Assembly: GCF_902713615.1 (NCBI RefSeq)
Contig: NC_052157.1
Coordinates: 61,220,146-61,284,145 of the forward strand
Length of the DNA: 64,000 bases
From: Scyliorhinus canicula
Taxonomy: Eukaryota
Direction: 5' to 3'
A program made the translations under genes and the position numbers. Shown here piece by piece: positions 31,740-46,100 of the stretch; positions within the stretch are counted from its first letter, which is position 1; each line of letters starts with the position of its first letter. The notes under the pieces are model-generated. The model searched no databases. It saw nothing but the letters and a program-made list of their open reading frames with translations, and was not told where the DNA came from.

Positions 31740-33360
31740 CTCCCCCCCCCCCCCCCCCGCCCCCCACTTCATCTCACCCCCATCACCATATCCTTCTATT
31801 CTTCTCTCCCCATGTGTTTATCCAGCTTCCCCTTTAAATATATGAATACTACTCACTTCAATCACTCCCTGTGGGAGTGATCCCACATTCTCCCCAATCC
31901 CTGTGGGAGTGACTGTCACATATTGATGGCTCCTACTTCTAGTCTCCCCACTCCACAAGTGGAAATATCTGCTCAACCTCTATCCTATTAAAACCGCTTC
32001 ATAATTTTAAAGCCTCGATCACATTACCCCTCCACCTTCTCTTTTCTAGAGAGAAGATCCCCATCCTGTTCAGTCTTTCCTGATAGTATAAACCTCTTCA
32101 CCTCTGGGATTGCCCTTGTAAGTCCTCTTTGCACCTTCTCCAGTGTCTCATTTAATAGGAGAGTGACTTCACCTTGATCACAAGCAGGATATTATAATCA
32201 ATACTCACACTTTACACTCAAGGTAACTGAGCTTTCCACTTGATGTTTGGTTTGAGGGTAGTCACACATACAATGGATAGTTAGCCGATGATGCTTGAAT
32301 GAAGCGTTAAAGGTCAGTACAGCGGAAATCTCGCCACCGTTCTCTGTGATGGTGTTGACGGAGGAAGTCAGCAATTCACTCCAGGTTAGGTTGGGCTGGT
32401 TATCAGGGCAGGTGGAGAGACATTTACAAATGATATGTGCAAGAGTCCCCTCCTGAAAATCCTTTGGCAGTAATATATCTGGTTTATCTGGAACATCTGC
32501 AAGAGGAAAATCCAGGTGTTAACAGACAAATAGAAAGAAGATTGGATTTGTCCTATAATTTACCAACAGGATTATGGACACTTAGAGCTCAGCTGGAGGT
32601 CATGTAGCCCATCGGGTCCATGCTATCTCTCTGTCGGGCAATCCAGTCAGCCCCATTCACCCTGCTCTATCCCTGTGTCCCTGCAAGTTTATTTCCCTCA
32701 AGTCTCCATCCAATTTCCTTTTGTAAATCATTATTAATTTCTGCTTTCACCGCCCTCGTCGGCAGTGAGCCCCACATCATTACCCCTCACTGGGTAAAAA
32801 CATTCTTCCTCACTCTCCCCCACCCTGCCCAAAACCTTAAATCTTTGCCTCCAGCAAGTCCTTGTACCATCAACTACTGGCAATAGATTTTCTGTATCTG
32901 CCTCATCTAAACCTGTCACCATCTTGTACAACTCTATCCTCGTACAACCCCAATTCAGTGACATCACCTCAATCCTGTCCACATCACTCAATCCTGTCCA
33001 CACCACAATAATCCTGCCCCAGATCCACAATCCTGTCCCATATCCCCAATCCTCAACCCTCAACCTCCTTTACTCCAAGGAGAAAAAACACAGCTTCTCC
33101 AAACCTGACCCAAGAACTAAAATCCCCCATCCCTGGAACCATTCTGGTGAATTTCCTCCACAGCCTTTATAAAGGGAGTCCTGAAGTGTGGGTGCCCACA
33201 ACTGGGTATGATTCGTAAGGTCTGATCTAACCAGTGATTTATAAAGATTGAGCATCATATCTTTGATTTGATCTCAATGTCTCAGTTTATCAACATGAGT
33301 AAACCATTTGCATTGTTTGGATCACAGAGCGAACCCAACTATTTCCAATTTATAAAACTG
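31740..33360 (-). mobile_element. CR1-type LINE 3' fragments (31740-32150 and 32560-33360) flanking the domain-2 exon; similar pieces at 9270-9540, 28400-28930 and 48700-49830
   Basis: Degenerate CR1 ORF2 C-terminus (MLNLYKSLVRS...QLWAP) and 3' UTR motifs. Confidence 0.6.
32209..32496 (-). CDS. Siglec/MAG-like receptor, Ig domain 2 exon (288 nt, phase 1-1): VPDKPDILLPKDFQEGTLAHIICKCLSTCPDNQPNLTWSE...LTFNASFKHHRLTIHCMCDYPQTKHQVESSVTLSVK
   Basis: Found by hand (no ATG, so absent from the ORF track). cctcttgcAG acceptor, AAG T|GTgagt donor, open frame of 95 codons, and the Siglec domain-2 pattern C..CP..P.LTW...LTF...H..L.C. Confidence 0.92.
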
Positions 33361-36300
33361 TGAAGAAAGGTCACTGCACCCCAATCCTGTCCACGTCAAC
33401 CCAATCCTGTCCACATCTCCCCAATCCTGTCCCCATCTCCCCAATCCTGTCCCATCACCCCAATCCTGTCCACATCACCCCAATCCTGTCCCCATCTCCC
33501 CAATCCTGTCCCATCACCCCAATCCTGTCCACATCACCCCAATCCAGCCCCATCTCCCAAATCCTGCCCCATCTCCCCAATCATTCCACATCACCCCAAT
33601 CCTGTCCACATCACCACAATCCTGCCCCCAATCCTGTCCACATCTCCCCAATCCTGTCCAGAGCTCCCCAATCCTGTCCACATCTCCCCAATCCAGCCCC
33701 ATCTCCCTAACCCTGTCCACATCATCCCAATCCTGTCCACATCACCACAATCCTGCCCCCAATCCTGTCCACATCTCCCCAATCCTGTCCCCATCTCCCC
33801 AATCCTGTCCACATCTCCCCAATCCTGCCCCCATTCCTGTCCACATCTCCCCAATCCTGTCCACATCTCCCCAATCCGGCCCCATCTCTCCAATCGTGTC
33901 CACATCTCCCCAATCCTGTCCACATCTCCCCAATCCTGTCCACATCACCCCAATCCTGTCCACATCTCCCCAATCCTGCCCCATCTCTCCAATCCCGTCC
34001 ACATCACCCCAATCCTGTCCACATCACGGCCATCGGCCCCATCTCCCCAACCCTGTCCACATCTCCCCAATCCTGTCCACATCTCCCCAACCCTGTCCAC
34101 ATTTCCCCAATCCTGTCCACATCTCCCCAATCGTGACCACATCTCCCCAATCCTGTCCCCATCTCCCCAATCCTGTCCATATCTCCCCAATCCTGTCCAC
34201 ATCTCCCCAATCCTGTCCACATCACCCACATCCGGCCCCATCTCTCCAATCCTGTCCACATCTCCCCAATCCTGTCCACATCACTCACATCCGGCCCCAT
34301 CTCCCCAATCCTGTCCACATCTCCCCAATCCTGTCCCCATCTCCCCAATCCTGTCCACATCACTCCAATCCTGTCCACATTTCCCCAATCTTGTCCACAT
34401 CACCCACATCCGGCCCCATCTCCCCAATCCTGTCCACATCTCCCCAATCCTGTCCACATCACCCCAATCCTGCCCCATCTCCCCAATCCTGCCCCATCTC
34501 CCCAATCCTGCCCCATCTCCCCAATCCTGTCCACATCTCCCCAATCCAGCCCCATCTCCCCAATCCTGTCCATATCTCCCCAATCCTGCCCCATCACCCC
34601 AATCCAGCCCCATCTCCCCAATCCTGTCCACATCTCCCCAATCCTGTCCACATCACTCCAATCCTGTCCACATCTCCCCAATCCTGTCCACATCACCCCA
34701 ATCCTGTCCACGTCTCCCCAATCCTGCCCCATCACCACAATCCTGTCCACATCTCCCCAATCCTGTCCCCATCTCCCCAATCCTGTCCACATCTCTCCAA
34801 TCCTGTCCACATCTCCCCAATCTTGTCCACATCACCCACATCCGGCCCCATCTCCCCAATCCTGCCCGATCTCCCCAATCCTGTCCACATCTCCCCAATC
34901 CTGTCCCCATCTCCCCAATCCTGTCCACATCTCTCCAATCCTGTCCACATCTCCCCAATCTTGTCCACATCACCCACATCCGGCCCCATCTCCCCAATCC
35001 TGTCCAAATCTCCCGAATCCTGTCCACATCTCCACAATCCAGCCCCATCTCCCCAAATGCTGTCCACATCTCCCCAATCCTGTGCACATCACTCCAATCC
35101 TGTCCACATCTCTCCAATCCTGTCCAAATCACTCCAATCCTGTCCACATCTCCCCAATCCTGCCCCATCACCCCAAACCAGCCCCATCTCCCCAATCCTG
35201 TCCACATCTCCCCAATCCTGTCCACATCTCCCCAATCCTGTCCACATCACCCCAATCCTGTCCACATCTCCCCAATCCTGCCCCATCACCCCAATCCTGT
35301 CCACATCTCCCCAATCCTGCCCCATCACCCCAATCCTGTCCACATCACCCCAATCCTGTCCACATCTCCCCAATCCTGCCCCCATTCCTGTCCACATCTC
35401 CCCAATCCTGTCCACATCTCCCCAATCCTGTCCACATCTCCCCAATTCTGTCCACATCCCCCAATCCTGCCACATCTGCCCAATCCTGCCACATCTCCCC
35501 AACCCTTCCACATCTCCCCAATCCTGTCCCCATCTCCCCAATCCTGTCCACATCACCCACATCCGGCCCCATCTCTCCAATCCTGTCCACATCTCTCCAA
35601 TCTTGTCCACATCACCCACATCCGGCCCCGTCTCCCCATCCTGTCCACATCTCCCCAATCCTGTCCACATCACCCCAATCCTGCCCCATCTCCCCAATCC
35701 TGCCCCATCTCCCCAATCCTGTCCACATCTCCCCAATCCTGTCCACATCGCCTCAATCCAGCCCCATCTCCCCAATCCTGTGCACATCACTCCAATCCTG
35801 TCCACATCTCTCCAATCCTGTCCAAATCACCCCAATCCTGTCCACATTTCCCCAATCCTGCCCCATCACCCCAATCCAGCCCCATCTCCCCAATCCTGTC
35901 CACATCTCCCCAATCCTGTCCACATCACTCCAATCCTGTCCACATCTCCCCAATCCTATCCACATCATCCCAATCCTGTCCACATCTCCCCAATCCTGCC
36001 CCATCACCCCAATCCTGTCCACATCACCACAATCCTGTCCCATCTCCCCAATCCTGCCCCATCTCTCCAATCCTGTCCACATCTCGCCAATCCTGTCCAC
36101 ATCACCCACATCCGGCCCCATCTCCCCAATCCTGTCCACATCTCCCCAATCCTGTCCACATCTCCCCAATCGTGACCACATCTCCCCAATCCTGTCCACA
36201 TCACCCACATCCGGCCCCATCTCTCCAATCCTGTCCACATCTCCCCAATCCTGTCCATATAACTCACATCCGGCCCCATCTCCCCAATCCTGTCCACATC

Positions 36301-39300
36301 TCCCCAATCCTGTCCGAATCTCCCCAATCCTGTCCACATCTCTCCAATCCTGTCCACATCTCTCCAATCTTGTCCACATCACCCACATCCGGCCCCGTCT
36401 CCCCAATCCTGTCCACACCTCCCCAATCCTGTCCACATCACCCCAATCCTGCCCCATCTCCCCAATCCTGCCCCATCTCCCCAATCCTGTCCACATCTCC
36501 CCAATCCTGTCCACATCGCCCCAATCCAGCCCCATTTCCCAAATCCTGTCCACATCTCCCCAATCCTGTGCACATCACTCCAATCCTGTCCACATCTCTC
36601 CAATCCTGTCCAAATCACCCCAATCCTGTCCACATTTCCCCAATCCTGCCCCATCACCCCAATCCAGCCCCATCTCCCCAATCCTGTCCACATCTCCCCA
36701 ATCCTGTCCACATCACTCCAATCCTGTCCACATCTCCCCAATCCTATCCACATCATCCCACTCCTGTCCACATCTCCCCAATCCTGCCCCATCACCCCAA
36801 TCCTGTCCACATCACCACAATCCTGTCCCATCTCCCCAATCCTGCCCCATCTCTCCAATCCTGTCCACATCTCCCCAATCCTGTCCACATCACCCACATC
36901 CGGCCCCATCTCCCCAATCCTGTCCACATCTCCCCAATCCTGTCCACATCTCCCCAATCGTGACCACATCTCCCCAATCCTGTCCACATCACTCCAATCC
37001 TGTCCACATCACTCCAATCCTGTCCACATCACCCACATCAGGCCCCATCTCCCCAATCCTGTCCAGATCTCCCCAATCCTGTCCACATCACTCACATCCG
37101 GCCCCATCTCCACAATCCTGTCCACATCTCCCCAATCCTGTCCCCATCTCCCCAATCCTGTCCATATCTCCCCAATCCTGTCCAAATCTCCCCAATCCTG
37201 TCCACATCACCCACATCCGGCCCCATCTCTCCAATCCTGTCCACATCTCCCCAATCCTGTCCACATCACTCACATCCGGCCCCATCTCCCCAATCCTGTC
37301 CACATCTCCCCAATCCTGTCCCCATCTCCCCAATCTTGTCCACATCTCTCCAATCCTGTCCACATCTCCCCAATCTTGTCCACATCACCCACATCCGGCC
37401 CCATCTCCCCAATTCTGTCCACATCTCCCCAATCCTGTCCACATCACCCCAATGCTGCCCCATCTCCCCAATCCTGCCCCATCTCCCCAATCCTGTCCAC
37501 ATCTCCCCAATCCTGTCCACATCTCCCCAATCCAGCCCCATCTCCCCAATCCTGTCCACATCTCCCCAATTCTGTGCACATCACTCCAATCCTGTCCACA
37601 TCTCTCCAATCCTGTCCAAATCACCCAATCCTGTCCACATCTCCCCAATCCTGCCCCATCACCCCAATCCAGCTCCATCTCCCCAATCCTGTCCACATCT
37701 CCCCAATCCTGTCCACATCACTCCAATCCTGTCCACATCTCCCCAATCCTGTCCACATCACCCCAGTCCTGTCCACATCTCCCCAATCCTGCCCCATCAC
37801 CCCAATCCTGTCCACATCTCCCCAATCCTGTCCCCATCTCCCCAATCCTGTCCACATCTCTCCAATCCTGTCCACATCTCCCCAATCTTGTCCACATCAC
37901 CCACATCCGGCCCCATCTCCCCAATCCTGTCCACATCTCTCCAATCCTGTCCAAATCACTCCAATCATGTCCACATCTCCCCAATCCTGCCCCATCACCC
38001 CAATCCAGCCCCATCTCCCCAATCCTGTCCACATCTCCCCAATCCTGTCCACATCACCCCAATCCTGTCCACATCTCCCCAATCCTGTCCACATCACCCC
38101 AATCCTGTCCACATCTCCACAATCCTGCCCCATCCCCTCAAACCTGTCCACATCTCCCCAATCCTGCCCCATGACCCTAATCCTGCTCCATCACCCCTAT
38201 CCGGCCCCATCTTCCCAATCCTGTCCACATCACCCCAATCCGGCCCCATCTCCCCAATCCTTCCCATCACCCCAATCCTGTCCCATCACCCCAATCCAGC
38301 CCCATCACACCAATCCTGTCCACATCAACCCAATCCTGTCCACATCACCACAATCCTGCCCCATTCCTGTCCACATCTCCCCAATCCTGTCCACATCTCC
38401 CCAATACTGTCCACATCTCCCCAATCCTGTCTAGATCACCCCAATCCGGCCCCATCTCCCCAATTCTGTCCACATCACCCCAATCCAGCCACATCACCCC
38501 AATCCGGCCCCATCTCCCCAATCGTGTCCACATCTCCCCAATCCTGTCCACATCTCCCCAATTCTGTCCACATCTCCCCAATCCTGTCCACATCTCCCCA
38601 ATCCTGCCACATCTCCCCAATCCTGCCCCATCACCACAATCCTGTCCACATCTCCCCAATCCTGCTCCATCACCCCAATCCTGCCCCATCACCACAATTC
38701 GGCCCCATCTTCCCAATTCTGTCCACATCTCCCCAATCCTGTCCACATCTCCCCAATCCTGCCACATCTCCCCAATCCTGCCCCATCACCCCAATCCTGT
38801 CCACATCTCCCCAATCCTGCCCCATCACCCCAATCCAGCCCCATCTCCCAAATCCTGTCCACGTCTCCCCAATCCTGTCCACATCACTCCAATCCTGTCC
38901 ACATCTCCCCAATCCTATCCACATCATCCCAATCCTGGCCACATCTCCCCAATCCTGCCCCATCACCCCAATCCTGTCCACATCACCACAATCCTGTCCC
39001 ATCTCCCAATCCTGCCCCATCCCTCCAATCCTGTCCACATCTCCCCAATCCTGTCCACACCACCCACATCCGGCCCCACCTCACCAATCCTGTCCACATC
39101 GCCCCAATCCTGTCCACATCTCCCCAATCGTGACCACATCTCCCCAATCCTGTCCACATCACTCCAATCCTGTCCACATCACCCCAATCCTGTCCCACAT
39201 CACCCACATCAGGCCCCATCTCCCCAATCCTGTCCACATCTCCCCAATCCTGTCCACATCACTCACATCCGGCCCCATCTCCCCAATCCTGTCCACATCT

Positions 39301-40319
39301 CCCCAATCCTATCCACATCCCTCCAATCCTGTCCATGTTTCCCCAATCCTGTCCACATTTCCCCAATCCTGTCCACATTTCCCCAATCCTGTCCACATCT
39401 CCCCAATCGTGTCCACATCTCCCAATCCTGTCCCCATTTTCCCAATCCTGTCCACATCACCCCTATCCTGCCCCATCGCCCCAATCCTGCTCACATCACT
39501 CCAATCCTGTCCACATCTCCCCAATCCTGCCCCATCTCCCCAATCCTGCCCCATCTCCCCAATCCTGTCTAAATCTCCACAATCCTGTCCACATCTCCCC
39601 AATCCGGCCCCATCTCCTCAATCCTGTCCACATCTCCCCAATCCTGTCCACATCCCTCCAATCCTGTCCACATCTCCCCAATCCTGTCCACATTTCCCCA
39701 ATCCTGTCCACATCTCCCCACTCGTGTCCACATCTCCCAATCCTGTACACATCTTCCCAATCCTGTCCCGCATCACCCCAATCCTGCCCCATCGCCCCAA
39801 TCCTGCCCCATCTCCCCAATCCTGTCCACAGCACCACAATCCTGTCCACATCTCCCCAATCCTGCCCCATCTCCCCAATCCTATCCACATCTCCCCAATC
39901 CTGTCCACATTTCCCCAATCCTGTCCACATTTCCCCAATCCTGTCCACATCTCCCCAATCCTTCCACATCTCCCCAATCCTGTCCACATCACCCCAATCC
40001 TGTCCACATCTCCCCAATCGTGTCCACATCTCCCCAATCCTGCCCCATCTCCCTAATCCTGTCCACATCTCCCCAATCATGTCAACATCTCCCCAATCCT
40101 GTCCACATCACTCCAATCCTGTCCACATCACCCCATCCTGCCACATCCCCCACATCCAGCCCCATCTACCCAATCCTGCCCACATCTGGCCCCATTGCCC
40201 CAATCCTGTCCACATCTCCCCAATCGTGTCCACATCTCCCCAACCTGTCCACATCTCCCCAATCCTGTCCACGTCTCCCCAATCCTGTCCACATCACTCC
40301 AATCCTGTCCACATCACTT

Positions 40320-40645
40320 GGCAGCACGGTAGCATGGTGGTTAGCATAAATGCTTCACAGTTCCAGGGTCCCAGGTTCGATTCCCGGCTGGGTCACTGTC
40401 TGTGTGGAGTCTGCACGTCCTCCCCGTGTGTGCGTGGGTTTCCTCCGGGTTCTCCGGTTTCCTCCCACAGTCCAAAGATGTGCGGGTTAGGTGGATTGGC
40501 CATGCTAAATTGCCCTTAGTATTGGGTGGGGTTACTGGGTTACGGGTATAGGGTGGATACGTGGGTTTGAGTAGGGTGATCATTGCTCGCCACAACATCG
40601 AGGGCCGAAGGGCCTGTTCTGTGCTGTACTGTTCTATGTTCTATG
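40320..40645 (+). mobile_element. V-SINE (HE1-like)
   Basis: Head, V-domain and (tgttcta)n tail. Confidence 0.85.
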
Positions 40646-40988
40646 TAATCCTGGCCACATCTCCCCAATCCTGGCCACATCTCCCCAATCCTGTCCACAT
40701 CTCCCCAATCCTGCCCCATCTCCCCAATCCTGCCCCATGTCCCCAATCCTGTCCACATCTCCCCAATCCTGTCCACATCTGCCCAATCCAGCCCCATCTC
40801 TCCAATCCTGTCCAGATCTCCCCAATCCTGTCCACATCACCCCAATCCTGCCCCATCTCCCCAATCCAGCCCCATCTCCCCAATCCTGTCCACATCCCCC
40901 CCAATCCTGTCCACATCACTCCAATCCTGTCCACATCTCCCCAATCCTGTCCACATCACCCCAATCCTGTCAACATCACCCCAATCAA

Positions 40989-41341
40989 CATAGAATCATA
41001 GAATTTAAAGTGCAGAAGGAGGCCATTTGGCCCATCGAGTCAGCACCGGCTCTTGGAACGAGCACCCTACCCAAGGTCAACACCTCCACCCTATCCCCAT
41101 AACCCAGTAACCCCACCCAACACTAAGGGCAATTTTGGACACTAAGGGCAATTTATCATGGCCAATCCACCTAACCTGCATATCTTTGGACTGTGGGAGG
41201 AAATCGGAGCACCCGGAGGAAACCCACGCACACACGTGGAGGATGTGCAGACTCTGCACAGACAGTGACCCAAGCCGGAATCGAACCTGGGACCTTGGAG
41301 CTGTGAAGCGAGTGTGCTATCCACAATGCTACCGTGCTGCC
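40989..41341 (-). mobile_element. V-SINE (HE1-like), inverted relative to 40320-40645
   Basis: Reverse complement of the 28940/29839 copies. Confidence 0.85.
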
Positions 41342-41859
41342 CAAAATCCTGTCCACATATCCCCAATCCTGCCACATCTCCCTAATCGTGTCCACATCAC
41401 CCCAATCCTGTCCATATCACCCCAATCCTGTCCACATCTCCCCAATCCTGTCCACATCACCCCAATCCTGTCCACATCACCCCAATCCTGTCCACATCTC
41501 CCCAATCCTGTCCACATCACCCCAATCCTGTCCACATCACCCCAATCCTTTCCACATCACACCAATCCTGTCCACATCTCCCCAATCCTGTCCACATCAC
41601 CCCAATCCTGTCCGCATCACCCCAATCCTATCCACATCTCCCCAATCCTGTCCACATCACCCCAATCCTGTCCACATGTCCCCAATCCTGCCACATGACC
41701 CCAATCCTGTCCACATCACCCCAATCCTATCCACATCTCCCCAATCCTGCCCCATCACCCCAATCCTATCCACATCACCCTAATCCGACATTGCAGCACT
41801 TCCTCAGTACTGACCCTCTGCAAAGTGCAGCACTCCCTCAGCACTGACCCTCCAACTGT

Positions 41860-42900
41860 TGGAGCAATACTTGGTACAACATAAAATGGTTGTGGTCAAT
41901 CGGCTCAGCTCCTGGACATCACTGCAGGAGCTCCTTAGCATAGTGTCCTACGCCCAACCATCTTCATCTTCTTCTTTAATTACCTTCCTTCCATCATACG
42001 TTCAGAAGTGGGGATGTTTGTGGATGACTGCACAATGTTCAGCACCATTCACCACTCTTCAGATGATGAAGCAGTCTATGTCTAAATGCAGCAAGACCTG
42101 GACAATATCCAGGCTTGGGCTGACAAGTGGCAAGTTACATTCACACCACACAAGTGCCTGGCAATGGCCATCTCCCACAAGAGAGGATCTAACCATCAGC
42201 CCCATAATATTCAATGGCATTTCCATCGCTGATTCCCCCACAGCCAACATCCTCTGAGTTACCATTGATCAGGAACTGAACTTGACGAGCCACATAAATA
42301 CTGTGGCTACCAGGGCAGGTAATGGCTTGGAATCCTTCAGCGAGTAACTCACCTCCTGACCCCCTAAAGCCTGTCCACCATCTACAAGGCACAGGTTAGG
42401 ACTGTAATGGATTATATCCACATGCCTGGATGAGTGCATCTCCAACAACACTCAACAAGACTGACACCATCCAGGACAAAGCAGCCCGCTTGATTGCTCC
42501 TCCTTCCACAAATATTCAACCTTTCACCACCGACATACAGTGGCAGCCGTGTGCATCATATACAAGATGCACTGCAGTAACTCACCAAGGTTTCTTAGAC
42601 AGCACCTTCCAAACCCACAACCACTACCATCTGGAAGGACACAAGCAGTAGATACCTGGGAATTTCACCACCTGGAAGTTCCCCCCCAAGTGACTCATCA
42701 CCCTGACTTGGTGTTTTGCTGTTCCTTCACTTTCGCTGGGTCAAATTTCTGGATCTTCTTGCCTAGCAGGACAGTAAGTGTACCTACACCTGAAGGACTG
42801 CAGCGGTTCAAGAAGGCAACTCATCTCCATCTTCTGAATGGTAACTAAGGATGGGCAATAAATGTTGGTCTAACCAGAGATGCCCACATCCCGTAAATTA
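41860..42900 (+). mobile_element. 5'-truncated CR1/L2-group LINE (RT C-terminus plus 3' tail)
   Basis: Degenerate FADD-region and KC/LGV motifs, and a tail gatgggcaataaatg shared with the 27000 copy. Confidence 0.75.
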
Positions 42901-43170
42901 ATTTTTTTAAAGTGCAGCACTCCCTCAGTACTGACCCTTCGACAGTGCAGTGCTCCCTCAGTACTGATCCTCCAACAGCACAGTTCTTCCTACGTACTGA
43001 CCCTCCAATAGTGCAGCACATCTCAATATTGACCTTTCAACAGTGCAGCACATTCTCATCACTCACCCTCCAACAGTGCAGCACCCGCTCAGCATTGACC
43101 CTCTGACAGTCCAGCACTCACTCAGTACTGACCATCTGACAGTGTAGCAATCCCTCAGTACTGATCCTCT

Positions 43171-46100
43171 TGATGTGTTGGGTAGGCTGTGTCTAGGTGG
43201 ACTGCGTTGGATGCAGTGTAGGGAGAGACAGACTTTCAACACTCGATGATATGCAACACAATTTTATTTAACAGCTAACTATTTACATATTTGACTGTGG
43301 GTTGAGACTATGCTGACTTGACTGGAGTCCTGATGCTAGCCTGACCAGACTTTCTGACTACCACATGGTGTTTGTACTGACTATGTTCACGAGCTCTGAC
43401 TGTCTCAGAGGCTGGATCCCGAACGAACGGGAAAGCTGGTGCCCTCTGGCTTTATAGTGGTCGTGTCCTGTCTGGTGATTGGCTGCTGTGTTCTGTGTGC
43501 TCACTGGTCATCTTGTGTGTCAATCACTGCCTGTCTGCACTCCATCATATACATGGATGTACATTATGACATCTCCCCCCCTTTTTTTTCTAAATAAACT
43601 TGTGTTGAGATAATAAATATTAAGGTGCATGTGCGTGAAAATGCATGTATGTACATGACTATATACATTATATGCTAAAATAGACTTATATACAAGGGAA
43701 GGTGTCATTAGTGCAGATATAGGGCAGATGAAACAGCAAAAAAAACAATATTTACAGATGTCAAAACGATGAAGTAACCAATTTGTGCAAACGTTCAGTC
43801 TATAAGTTTATAGACTGTGCTGGGCGACAAATTCTGGTTGACCGCCTCAAGGGTGGATCAGGGGCTGCCTGCACTTGAATACGCAGGACCGCCACCAATG
43901 CGGTGGGCGCCGAGGTCGGCACGATTACTGGCGGATCGGTGGCCTTGTGGTAGGACGCGTCCAGAGGAAGCAGTGTGTAAGGTGGGACATCACGGTTAGG
44001 TGGTGTACGTGAAAGTCTGCGCAGTGCCCGCCTGTTACGTCGAAGGAAGGAGCAATCAGCCATGTGAACGAGGAACGATCTCGGGGAAACTTGCTTGACA
44101 ACCACAGCTGTGGCGGACCAGCCGCTGTCAGGCAACTGTACACGAACTCGATCAGCCGGGACCAGCTCAGGGAGATCCATGGCATGAGCGTCGTATGCTG
44201 ACTTCTGTTGGGCCCGAGACTGCTGCATCTTCTGTATGACCGGGAAGTGGTCAAGATCTGGAATGTGGATGGCTGGAACCATTGTTCGCAGAGTGCGATT
44301 CATGAGCATCTGCGCTGGAGACAACCGAGTGGACAGTCGGGTAGCTCTGTAGGCCAACAGCGCCAGGTTGAAGTCGGAACCGGAGTCCGCACCCGTACGC
44401 AGTAATTGTTTGACGATGTGAACCCCATTTTTGGCCTTCCCATTTGACTGCGGGTACAGGGGGCTGGACGTGACCTGGCGAAAATTGTACAGCCGGGCAA
44501 AGTCAGACCACTCCTGGCTGTAAATACAGGGGGCTTTGTCACTCATCACCGTGAGTGGTATCTCATGTCTAGCAAATGTTTCTTTGCATGCCTTAATCAC
44601 CGCTGCCGACGTGAGGTCAGATAGTCTCACCACTTCAGGGTAATTGGAAAAGTAGTCAACCAGGAGGACATAGTCACGCCCCTTGGCATGAAAAAGGTTG
44701 ACACTGACTTTGGACCACGGGGTCACATACTATCTCATGTTGCTGCAGAGTTTCTTTAAGTTGAGCTGGCTGAAATTTTTGACATGTAGGGCAGTTGGGG
44801 ACCGTGTTAGCAACGTCTTGGATGACTGGGGACACTGTCCCTTCTGCCAGCTATTCGTGAGGCGCTGCATTACCCGCTGGAGCAGCGGATCCTTGGCCAT
44901 TTCCTCACAAATCTGAATGACTTTCATCAGAGGCCGGAAAGTTGGAGGCACAGAATTGCACCTGCGCGTCGATTTGAAAAACCACATCAGTTTGCTCACA
45001 GGGTGTGGTGATAGATCTGGAAAGGGCATCTGCAACAATGAGTTCCTTGCCTGGGGTGTAGACCAGGTCAAAATCGTAGCAGCGTAGCTTGAGAAGGATT
45101 CGTTGCAGCCGTAGCGTCATGTCATTGAGGTATTTTTAGATGATGTGGACCAATGGCCTGTGGTCCACCTCAACCGTGAATTTAGGGAGGCCATACACAT
45201 AGTCGTGGAACTTGTCGATTCCCGTTAGGAGGCCCAGGCATTCCTTCTCAATCTGAGTTTACCATTGCTCAGTGGGCGTCATGGCTCTGGAGGAATACGC
45301 AACTGGTGCCCAGGATGAGGAGTCATCCCGTTGGAGGAGCACAGCCCCAATACCGTCCTGGCTCACATCAGTGGATATTTTTGTCTCCTTGGCGGGGTCG
45401 AAAAGCGCCAGCACCGGGGCTTTGGTGAGTTTTGCCCTCAGCTCACGCCATTCTTGCTCGTGAGCGGGCAGCCACCGGAATTCCGTCGATTGTCTGACGA
45501 GATGGCGGAGGGCTGTGGTGTGTGATGCCATGTTGGGGATGAACTTCCCAAGGAAGTTGACCATCCCGAGAAAGTGGAGGACCACCTTCTTGTCCTCTGC
45601 ATTCTTCATGGCATTGATCGCTGAAACCTTGTCAGCATCCGGCTGTACGCCTCGCTGCGAGATGTGGTCGCCAAGGAACTGGATTTCTAAATGACCGAAT
45701 GAGCACCTGGCCCTGTTGAGTCGGAGGCCATGCTCATGGATGCTGTGGAATACCTGCTTGAGGCGATCAATGTGTTCTTGAGGAGTTGTGGACCAGATTA
45801 TGACAGCGTCAACGTACACTCGCACACCCTCAATGCCCTCCATCATTTGTTCCATTATATGGTGAAATACCTCTGAGGCAGAGATGATGCCAAAAGGCAT
45901 CCGGTTGTAGCAGTAGCGACCAAACGGGGTTTTGAAGATGCACAACCTGCGACTGGATGCGTCCAGCCGAATTTGCCAGAACCCCTTGGATACGTCCAGC
46001 TTCGTCAAGAGTTTGACATGAACCATTTCGCTGGTCAACTCTTCTCGCTTTGGTATCGGGTAATGTTCCCTCATGATGTTGCGGTTCAAATCTTTGGGGT

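Larger units (their letters stand above)
33370..41790 (+). repeat. ~8.4-kb C-rich array of 19-20-bp units (atctccccaatcctgtccac / atcaccccaatcctgcccc)
   Basis: Directly visible; interrupted by SINEs at 40320-40645 and 40989-41341. Confidence 0.95.

Noticed and set aside
33896-40519. Very long Pro/Ser/His-rich ORFs (759-1030 aa) resembling extensin or mucin
   Set aside because: They are translations of the 19-20-bp array, whose G-poor strand rarely forms stop codons; overlapping frames are all open.
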